From Acidobacteriota bacterium (lineage in GTDB: Bacteria; Actinomycetota; Acidimicrobiia; Spongiisociales; UBA5794), in the NCBI GenBank assembly GCA_004356175.1, contig SMXV01000041.1:1-24378 (forward strand): 24,378 bases of DNA. Reading direction: 5' to 3'. Shown one piece after another: positions 17,786-24,378 of this stretch (position 1 is its first letter; each line of letters begins with the position of its first letter). A model generated the notes under the pieces. It ran no database searches and had not been told where the DNA came from. It was given only the letters and a program-made list of their open reading frames with translations. The translations under genes and the position numbers were made by a program.

Positions 17786-18565
17786 GTGAACACGAAACCG
17801 AACGCTCTTCTCATCGGGTGGCGTATGCTCTACGCTCGCCGCGTGGCTGCGCCCGATCCATCGGGCACCGCGGTTGTAGATCACACTCTGCTGGCTGAAG
17901 TTCTCAAGGCCGTTTCGGCTGACGGCGTCAGGGCGCTTCCGTCGGCGCTCTCGACACTCGGACGGTACCGCGACGAACTTGCCGCGATCAACCCAGACGG
18001 CCTCGACGCAGACGAAGCGCTCGCGTATTGGATCAATCTCTACAACGCGGGAGCGCTCTCCCGCGCGGGTGACGCTCGATCTCATGATTACGCATCTGTG
18101 CTCAGAGTGCCTGGCGCGTTTTTCGGCGTGTGGGCAACCGTCCAAGGCGTTACTTTGTCCCTCGACGACATCGAGCACGGAAAGATTCGGCGCTTCAAGG
18201 ATCCGCGGATACATGGGGCGTTGGTGTGCGGTTCTGTGTCATGCCCAACGCTCAGCGGAACACCCTTTGTTGGAAGAGATGTCGACCAGCAGCTCGACAC
18301 GCAGATGCGCTCGTATCTCAGTAACGGCGGCGCGGCGATCGATCGGACCACGAATACGATTCGTCTGTCACGGATTCTGAAGTGGTATGGGGCCGATTTT
18401 CAGCGGCCCAACGCAATGCCAACGCTTCGTCCGGCGCGAGCATCGAAAATGGCCGAAGCCATCCGGCCGTGGCTCGCAGAAGATGACGCGGACTACGTGG
18501 AGCTCCACCGGCCAAAGATCGTCTTCTCCTCCTACGACTGGGGACTTGGCTGCTCAATCACATGA
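17786..18565 (+). CDS. DUF547 domain protein
   Basis: LAYWINLYNA, LSLDDIEHG, DPRIHGALVCGSVSCP, LSRILKWYGADF, YDW. GTG 17786 preferred as start. Confidence 0.88.
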   Translation: MNTKPNALLIGWRMLYARRVAAPDPSGTAVVDHTLLAEVLKAVSADGVRALPSALSTLGRYRDELAAINPDGLDADEALAYWINLYNAGALSRAGDARSHDYASVLRVPGAFFGVWATVQGVTLSLDDIEHGKIRRFKDPRIHGALVCGSVSCPTLSGTPFVGRDVDQQLDTQMRSYLSNGGAAIDRTTNTIRLSRILKWYGADFQRPNAMPTLRPARASKMAEAIRPWLAEDDADYVELHRPKIVFSSYDWGLGCSIT

Positions 18566-19185
18566 GCCGCCCCCTGAGCAGAAGCAACCACGCCGAAGGT
18601 GAACACGGCTGTAGCGACGAGCGCAGCGGCCACGTCGTATGGGAGCACCAGACGCATGAGGTCGGACGATGACACAACCCATTCGCCATTTGGTCCGAAC
18701 CCGACATTGTGGAGATATCGACCGATCGACCATACGCACACAAGACCGATCGCCAAACCTCCGACCACGGCAGGGCCCCGTCCCCACGCTCGGTATGCCC
18801 CTATGGTGACTGCCGCGACCACCCACGCAATGTCGAGCGCCGAAATCAACTGAAGAAACTGAGTTGACGGATCGAACCTCATCGCTGCTGACGACGCGAG
18901 GGTGACAAGACCGACCGTTCCGGTGACGAGAACAACCAGAGCGACTCCACTTGCGACGGTCTCCGTGATGTTGCCCCAGCCCGAACCGTTGAACCATCCC
19001 GAGGAACCAAGGGACACGACCATTTGGCTAAGCACGATTCCGAAAAGCACCAGCCCACTCAGCTGAACGATGAATCCTCTCAGCGGATCAGAACGAATGT
19101 CGACAAGTAGCAGCGGTAGCGAGACGAGCAGCCCACCAACAAGCCAAGGCACGGTCACGAGAATAGCCTTCTCTATGGGTGCCAT
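18532..19185 (-). CDS. Hypothetical polytopic membrane protein (about 6 TM)
   Basis: Long hydrophobic ORF; ATG 19185 is 1 nt after the methyltransferase stop; 3' end overlaps DUF547 by 34 bp. No family recognised. Confidence 0.75.
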   Translation of the reverse strand: MAPIEKAILVTVPWLVGGLLVSLPLLLVDIRSDPLRGFIVQLSGLVLFGIVLSQMVVSLGSSGWFNGSGWGNITETVASGVALVVLVTGTVGLVTLASSAAMRFDPSTQFLQLISALDIAWVVAAVTIGAYRAWGRGPAVVGGLAIGLVCVWSIGRYLHNVGFGPNGEWVVSSSDLMRLVLPYDVAAALVATAVFTFGVVASAQGAAHVIEQPSPQS

Positions 19186-19186
19186 A

Positions 19187-20065
19187 TCAGACTCGGACCG
19201 AGCGTTTTCCCGTGTGTCCTTCATGGATTCGGCGATTCGCAATCCCGATGTATTCGGCGTTGAGCTCGTAGCCAACGAAGTGCCGGTTCGACTCAACCGC
19301 CGCGACGGCTGTTGTGCCCGACCCAAGGAATGGGTCGAGAATCAGATCGTTCTCGAAGGTATACAACTCAATGAGTCTGCTGGGAAGCTCTACAGGGAAT
19401 GGCGCAGGATGCCCAACTCTGCGTGCCGACTCTGGCAGTATGTTCCATATCGACACAGTTGCCTCAAGAAACTGCTCCTTTGTGATCGTGTCCTCGCCCT
19501 TGCGAACCCGAGCGTACGAACCTTTCGATCCGACGATGACGTATTCGTGAATGTCTCGCAACGTCGGATTCTTCGCCGACTGCCACGAGCCCCATGCACA
19601 CGATCCGCCCGCTGATTTCGCCTTCTGCCAGATAATCTCGCCACGCAGATCGAATCCCGTCTCTGTCAACAACGCAGAGACGTACTGGTTGAGGGGAATG
19701 TATGGCTTGCGGCCAAGATTGGCGACGTTGACCGCGACCCGGCCACCTGGCTCAAGGACACGGAACGTCTCAGCGAAAACCTGACGTAACAGGTCGAGGT
19801 ACTCGTCGATGCCGAGATCTTCGTCGTACTCCTTGCCCACGTTGTATGGAGGGGAGGTGACCATCAGAGCAACACAGTTATCGGGGATCTGGTGCATGTC
19901 TACGGAGGATGATTCGAAAATCTGGTCGATCACTGATGCCGGCGGATCGGCAACTTCACCCATGTCCAAGGTGGTACCGGCAATGTGCATCCGACGCCCA
20001 TAGTACACCGACGCATCATGCCCCTCGCGTTTTCCGGAACCGAAACTCGCTGTGTTCGTGGCCAC
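19187..20065 (-). CDS. Site-specific DNA amino-methyltransferase (N4-C/N6-A, beta class), no cognate endonuclease seen
   Basis: Catalytic motif IV VTSPPY precedes SAM-binding motif I DPFLGSGTT; HPAPFP; RBS AGGAGG before the GTG. Confidence 0.92.
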   Translation of the reverse strand: MATNTASFGSGKREGHDASVYYGRRMHIAGTTLDMGEVADPPASVIDQIFESSSVDMHQIPDNCVALMVTSPPYNVGKEYDEDLGIDEYLDLLRQVFAETFRVLEPGGRVAVNVANLGRKPYIPLNQYVSALLTETGFDLRGEIIWQKAKSAGGSCAWGSWQSAKNPTLRDIHEYVIVGSKGSYARVRKGEDTITKEQFLEATVSIWNILPESARRVGHPAPFPVELPSRLIELYTFENDLILDPFLGSGTTAVAAVESNRHFVGYELNAEYIGIANRRIHEGHTGKRSVRV

Positions 20066-20131
20066 GATTGCCTCCTGGACAGAACGGTAGTAGCAGGACC
20101 CACCAGAATGGTGGCAAAGGGAACGAGCGAA

Positions 20132-20241
20132 GGTTCTAGTTTCTAGCCAGCACAGATTCCAGAACGGTTCCGCAAGAATGGCTCAGCACTGCCCTGAAAG
20201 CTGAGGGCTGATAGCTCTCCGCTGACGAGAAACCAAGAACT
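20132..20241. repeat. Heptamer-repeat element with outer imperfect inverted repeat
   Basis: CTGAAAG CTGAGGG CTGATAG CTCTCCG CTGACGA (20194-20228); outer arms GGTTCTAGTTTCTAGCCAGC (20132-20151) / GCTGACGAGAAACCAAGAACT (20221-20241). Confidence 0.55.
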
Positions 20242-20255
20242 GGAGGCTTCCTCCC

Positions 20256-21080
20256 CTACTTCACTACCGCCTTGTACGACCCGAGATTGATGAGCGATGC
20301 TGCGCTGGCGGGTGGGGGGTCGATGACGTAGCGCAGACCCTCCTCGCCTGGTGGGTGCACAAGGTCGATGAAGAAACGGTAATTCCATGCAACCCCGGCC
20401 GGGCGGGACTCGATTCGAGTCAGGTTCGCGCCCCGTAACCCAAGCTCCGTGAGAACAAGTGCGAGTGACCCAGGGGTGTGGGATCCGGTGACGACAATGG
20501 TCGTCTTGTCATCATCAGGATCCACAACAGGTTCGCCGACGGCAAGAACAACGAACCGTGTCGTGTTGTCATCGCGGTCGAGTACGTGCTCAAGCAGAAT
20601 GTCGAGTCCGTGGGCCGCTCCCGCCCGGGGCGGTGCAAGCGCTGCCACAGATTTGTCGCCTGCTTCAGCGACCTGTCGGACGGCTCCCGCGGTGTCATGT
20701 GTCGGCACGACCTCGACGCCAAGTTCGAGCAGGGCGTGCTCGGCCTGAGCAAGCGCCTGGGGGTGGGAGCGAACCTCGCGAACGTCCTCAAGCTTGGCAC
20801 CGGGGACTCCATGGAGTGCGTGGCGCACCTCGACGAGATGCTCAGCAAGGATCGAGAATCTGACATGGCTGTCGTCGCCTGGCAAGCGGTCAAGGACCGG
20901 CAAAACGGAACCCGTGGTCGAATTCTCAACCGGAAGCACGAGACGGTCGACCTCGTCTGCTTCGAGGGCATCGAATGCTGCCGCGAACCCCCTGTACCCA
21001 ACGAAATCGCCATCGGGAAACAGCTCGGTCGCTGCCCTATAGCTATAACTGTGCGGTTCGCCCTGGTAGCCGATAATCAT
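20256..21080 (-). CDS. pheA: Prephenate dehydratase with ACT domain
   Basis: IGYQGEPHSYS, LPVENSTTGSV, SHPQALAQ, NTTRF, NLTRIESRP, YRFFIDL. True start ATG 21080; the upstream part of the track ORF is not PDT-like. Confidence 0.93.
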   Translation of the reverse strand: MIIGYQGEPHSYSYRAATELFPDGDFVGYRGFAAAFDALEADEVDRLVLPVENSTTGSVLPVLDRLPGDDSHVRFSILAEHLVEVRHALHGVPGAKLEDVREVRSHPQALAQAEHALLELGVEVVPTHDTAGAVRQVAEAGDKSVAALAPPRAGAAHGLDILLEHVLDRDDNTTRFVVLAVGEPVVDPDDDKTTIVVTGSHTPGSLALVLTELGLRGANLTRIESRPAGVAWNYRFFIDLVHPPGEEGLRYVIDPPPASAASLINLGSYKAVVK

Positions 21081-21104
21081 GACCCGAGACAGTATCAGAT
21101 ACAG

Positions 21105-21130
21105 AACGAAACCAACCAGCGACAGGTTCC
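21105..21130 (-). promoter_or_regulatory. ECF sigma promoter GGAAC-N17-CGTT upstream of pheA
   Basis: Minus strand: GGAAC ctgtcgctggttggtttc GTT, 24 nt before ATG 21080; a separate TACTGT -10 sits 8 nt before the ATG. Confidence 0.6.
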
Positions 21131-21231
21131 CGAAATGTCGGCAACGCCCACCCAATCGCTTTGCCCTTGTGTCCCGTTTCGTTGATCGTGCAGCGGAGCA
21201 TCCCCGGGGACGTCCGTGCATAGGTGCCTTT

Positions 21232-23391
21232 CTACGTCCTCTCGTCGAGCAACATCGCAATGTCTTGCACTATCACGGTCTCGTCTGCGCCTATCTCTTT
21301 GACTCCGTCATCCATCATCACGTAACAGAACGGGCAACCGGTCGCAATGATGTCTGGGTTCGTGGAGAGAGCTTCTTCTGTCCGTTCGATGTTGATCTTC
21401 TTGTCAGATTTCTCCTCCTCGAACCAGAACTTCCCGCCACCCGCACCGCAGCAGAATGAGTTGGTCCCGTTGCGGACCATCTCAACTCTGACGCCGGAGG
21501 AGTCAACGATCGTGCGCGGAGCAAGGAAGATGTCGTTGTGTCTGCCGAGGTAACACGGATCGTGGAACACAATCGTCTCGCCCGTAGATGTGGGTGTGAG
21601 ACGTCCGTCCTCGACAAGCTGACTCAGGATCTCTGAGTGATGCATAAGCGTGTAGTTGCCACCGAACTGGGGGTACTCGTTGCCCAGTGTGTTGAAGCAG
21701 TGCGGGCATTGGGTGATGATCTTGTCGACACCGAGATCATTGAGTGTCTCAATGTTCTGCAGCGCCAAACCCTGAAAGACATACTCGTTGCCGGTTCTAC
21801 GCGCAGGATCTCCGGTGCACAGCTCCTTTGCAGCAAGAATGCCGAAATCGATTCCTGCCTTGTGCAGCAACCTCGCAGTTGCGACGGTCACGTTCTTGTT
21901 TCGGTCGTCGAAGCTACCCGCACACCCAACCCACATAAGATATTCGGCTGTCACGCCGGGTTCCCCGAGTCGTTTGACCTCGAAATCGAGCTGGTCAGTC
22001 CAATCACCCCGCGCATTCTGATCCATACCGTATGGGTTGAACGAGTTCTCCATGGACACATACGCCTTGCCTAGTTCAGAGGGGAAGTCGGACTCCATGA
22101 GAGACAGATATCGCCGCATGTCGAGGATCTTGTCAACGATTTCAAGACCTGCAGGGCATGCCTCATCACAGGCACGACACGTCGTACACGCCCACAACTC
22201 CTCCGACGTAATCAGTTCAAAGACGTTGTCAGACGAAACCGTGATTGCCTCGCCATCACCGACGGTTGGCGAGATTGGTGGTTCCGCTGTCTGGGCAGCG
22301 ACGGTGCCAAGTTTGAGAATAATCTCTCTGGGATCCAGGAGTTTACCCGTCTGGTTCGCGGGGCACACCGCAGTGCAGCGCCCACACACCGTGCAGGCGT
22401 CTGTGTCAAAGAGCTGCTTCCAGGTGAACTCAGCAACGGTGGAGACACCAACGGTTTCGATGTCTGTGGCCTCCATCAGGTTCGGCATCTCGCTCATTGC
22501 GCCCTTCGGCCGTTCCCTCGGCTGTAGGGCCAGGTTGACCGGGGTCGTGACCATGTGCCGCAGCTTGGTTGTCGGCAACATGACAAGAAAGACCACAAAC
22601 ACAACGGCGTGAGCAATCCACATCCCCTGGTGGAAGCCGGCTGCAGACGACGTCGGAACAAGGTTCGAGAGCGGATAGCCGACAAAGGACCACTGCTCGA
22701 ACGCTGGTCTGCCGACAACGGCAATCCGGGCCGCCTCTGTGAGGAGCCCTGTGACTCCAATCGCGGCGAGCAGAATCAGGATCCACGCATCCTCCGGGCG
22801 AGTCTTCGACTTGATTCGAGCAGGCGGGTTACCGAATCTGCGTATCGCCGCCCAGGTGACACCGCCAAGAAATGCAAGGGCCGCAGCATCGAGGAACATC
22901 GAGTACCACTGATAAAAGTCACCATGGAGAAACTTCATGCCCACCGGAGCGAGGTGATCAATCTCGAGAATAACGGTGCCGAGAAAGAGAACGAGGAACC
23001 CGTAGTACATGAGGGAGTGCATCACGCCGGCTGCCGGATCCTCCATCACCGTCTTCATCGAAACGCCCTGCCGGAAGCGGTGAAGCCGTCTCTTGAAGTC
23101 CAACGCCCGAGTCTCGCTACTGCCGCGCTGCCAGCTTCGAGCTCGCATTGCAAACAGTCCAATCGACACCCCAAGGAATGTCGCGACCATGACGTAGAAC
23201 ATCGCTACGACGAGATCGGGGATATTCCCAAAGACCTCTCTGCCCACTTCGGCGTCTGACTCGGCGGGAAGGGTGCCAAGCCACCACAGCAGCAGCGTTC
23301 CAAAGACGGAGAGCACTGCGATCGCGCCGATCACACGCGACGGCGTGACCAACCTCGATTCGGTGTCGTCGATTGTCTCGGTGGTGGTCAA
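21232..23391 (-). CDS. Membrane-bound Fe-S oxidoreductase with CCG domains (EtfD/FadF/HdrD-like)
   Basis: N-terminal TM region; CTVCGRCTAVCP and CTTCRACDEACP ferredoxin motifs; CCG-domain motifs WVGCAG, ELCTG, CPHC, HDPCYLGR, CCGAGGG, CPFC. TTG start after GAGGAG. Confidence 0.92.
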   Translation of the reverse strand: MTTTETIDDTESRLVTPSRVIGAIAVLSVFGTLLLWWLGTLPAESDAEVGREVFGNIPDLVVAMFYVMVATFLGVSIGLFAMRARSWQRGSSETRALDFKRRLHRFRQGVSMKTVMEDPAAGVMHSLMYYGFLVLFLGTVILEIDHLAPVGMKFLHGDFYQWYSMFLDAAALAFLGGVTWAAIRRFGNPPARIKSKTRPEDAWILILLAAIGVTGLLTEAARIAVVGRPAFEQWSFVGYPLSNLVPTSSAAGFHQGMWIAHAVVFVVFLVMLPTTKLRHMVTTPVNLALQPRERPKGAMSEMPNLMEATDIETVGVSTVAEFTWKQLFDTDACTVCGRCTAVCPANQTGKLLDPREIILKLGTVAAQTAEPPISPTVGDGEAITVSSDNVFELITSEELWACTTCRACDEACPAGLEIVDKILDMRRYLSLMESDFPSELGKAYVSMENSFNPYGMDQNARGDWTDQLDFEVKRLGEPGVTAEYLMWVGCAGSFDDRNKNVTVATARLLHKAGIDFGILAAKELCTGDPARRTGNEYVFQGLALQNIETLNDLGVDKIITQCPHCFNTLGNEYPQFGGNYTLMHHSEILSQLVEDGRLTPTSTGETIVFHDPCYLGRHNDIFLAPRTIVDSSGVRVEMVRNGTNSFCCGAGGGKFWFEEEKSDKKINIERTEEALSTNPDIIATGCPFCYVMMDDGVKEIGADETVIVQDIAMLLDERT

Positions 23392-23415
23392 GCGGCTCCT
23401 CGTACAGACCAGCCG

Positions 23416-23421
23416 ATTGTA
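23416..23421 (-). promoter_or_regulatory. Putative housekeeping -10 (TACAAT) for the Fe-S oxidoreductase
   Basis: Near-consensus TANNNT 24 nt before TTG 23391, with RBS GAGGAG in between. Confidence 0.55.
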
Positions 23422-23480
23422 AACGGCGGTTGGGACGCGTCGCCGCTTTGTGATCCAACAGAGCGAGCCACACCTGACCT

Positions 23481-23531
23481 GTCACCCAGACCTTCGTTGC
23501 CACCCTTCGGCTTCGCTCGTCCCTGGGCGAT
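23481..23531. repeat. REP-like stem-loop
   Basis: GTCACCCAG (23481-23489) / CTGGGCGAT (23523-23531) enclosing CCTTCG...CCCTTCGGCTTCGCTC. Confidence 0.4.
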
Positions 23532-23558
23532 GTCGATCGGCGACCCAGGACAGGCTGA

Positions 23559-23660
23559 AAGCCCACACCGTGCGGCGTATACCCACTCGGCCTCCGTCGG
23601 CAGGGCCTGCTCCGCCCATTGCGCGTACGCCGACGCGTCGGCATGGGCCATGTGGATGTA
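23559..23660 (-). pseudogene. Remnant of a formylglycine-generating enzyme (FGE/SUMF1-sulfatase modifying) family gene
   Basis: YIHMAHADASAYAQWAEQALPTEAEWVYAARCGL matches the family motif V..VS..DA.AYA.WAG..LPTEAEWEYAARGGL; flanks show no similarity; no plausible start or RBS. Confidence 0.75.
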
Positions 23661-23698
23661 TGTACAACTGTTCATATCTTCATGTGTCTTTTGTGTTG

Positions 23699-24378
23699 CT
23701 ATCGGCCGACCAGGGCCCTTGCGAAGAACATGAGGTTCGCCGGTCGTTCCGCCATTCGGCGAGTGAGGTACGGGTACCAAGCCTCGCCATAGGGCACGTA
23801 TATCCGCATCTTGAGTCCGAGTCCGACGAGTTCAACCTGGCGATCCCTACGGATCCCGTACAACATCTGAAACTCCCAATCGCCTGGCCGACCTGATGCT
23901 GCGCGAATGACTCGGTTGATACGGCCGTCGTCGTGGCTAGCGATTGCAGGCAGGACGTCTGCGTAGCCCATGAGCTGATCGCTGAGCCGGTCAAACGAGG
24001 CATTCACCTCCTCGGCGGTCTGGAAGGCAACGTCCGCCGATTCCATGTACGCGCCCTTGCAGAGCCTGATGTGTCCGCCGAGGGCTGAGATGCGGTCAAT
24101 GTCGTCAGCGGTTCTCATCAGGTATGCCTGGACCGCCACACCGAGGTTGCCATGTTTCTTTTGGGCGGCTTCGTAGAGAGCCAACGTTGTCGAAGTGTGA
24201 GCTGATTCCTCCATGTCAATGGTGACCGTTGTTGACGCTTCGCTGGCTGCAGCGGCAATCGTGTCAAGGTGTTGAGCGGCAACCGAGTCATCTAGACCCA
24301 TACCAAGCTGGGTCAGTTTGACGGCGATATTCGCATCCAGACCCTTGCTCGAAATCTCACCGAGGCACGCAAGATAGG
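23699..24378 (-). CDS. Proline dehydrogenase (monofunctional type), 5' end outside the window
   Basis: Open to window edge: AVKLTQLG, VTIDMEE, GVAVQAYL, RLCKGAY, IASHD, EFQMLYGIR, RIYVPYGEAWYPYLTRRMAERP. Confidence 0.93.
   Translation of the reverse strand, partial: YLACLGEISSKGLDANIAVKLTQLGMGLDDSVAAQHLDTIAAAASEASTTVTIDMEESAHTSTTLALYEAAQKKHGNLGVAVQAYLMRTADDIDRISALGGHIRLCKGAYMESADVAFQTAEEVNASFDRLSDQLMGYADVLPAIASHDDGRINRVIRAASGRPGDWEFQMLYGIRRDRQVELVGLGLKMRIYVPYGEAWYPYLTRRMAERPANLMFFARALVGR

Noticed and set aside
19186-19326. N-terminal extension of the membrane-protein ORF
   Set aside because: Lies inside the methyltransferase CDS; ATG 19185 gives clean coupling.
19187-20065. Complete restriction-modification system
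   Set aside because: No endonuclease or specificity subunit is recognisable among the neighbours (PheA, membrane protein, DUF547).
21081-21260. N-terminal extension of the pheA ORF
   Set aside because: Overlaps the Fe-S gene end and covers promoter elements; PDT similarity begins at ATG 21080.
23388-23780. 130-aa ORF treated as an intact gene
   Set aside because: Starts inside proline dehydrogenase; only about 34 codons resemble FGE, so it is reported as a remnant.
1-24378. CRISPR arrays, tRNA/rRNA, transposases, prophage genes
   Set aside because: No repeat-spacer periodicity, cloverleaf or rRNA signatures, or transposase, integrase or phage motifs seen by eye.

Overview
A gene-dense bacterial chromosomal window, roughly 60% GC by eye. 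WhiB, Bpa/PafE, a PAC2-family chaperone and many apparently leaderless genes point to Actinomycetota (inference; Acidimicrobiia-like is a guess). It holds about 21 mostly housekeeping CDSs: a heterodimeric ABC exporter, FKBP and cyclophilin PPIases, acyl-CoA dehydrogenase, DEAD-box helicase, a lone metal ABC permease, WhiB, a membrane-anchored FHA protein, a Bpa-PAC2 pair, a Mo-oxidoreductase, PolX-PHP, a Ca/Na antiporter, NhaA, DUF547, an orphan DNA methyltransferase coupled to an unknown membrane protein, PheA, an EtfD/FadF-like Fe-S protein and a 5'-truncated proline dehydrogenase. I found no rRNA, tRNA, CRISPR array or transposase. The strongest signal outside the ORF track is four correctly oriented GGAA(C/T)-N18-GTT (SigH/SigE/sigmaR-type ECF) promoter matches, directly upstream of whiB, the Mo-oxidoreductase, DUF547 and pheA, suggesting a shared stress regulon with unexpected members. 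Also seen: a CTAG-flanked MITE-like element, two CTATCAG-heptamer elements, and a formylglycine-generating-enzyme gene remnant. All family calls come from motif recognition by eye, with no database search.
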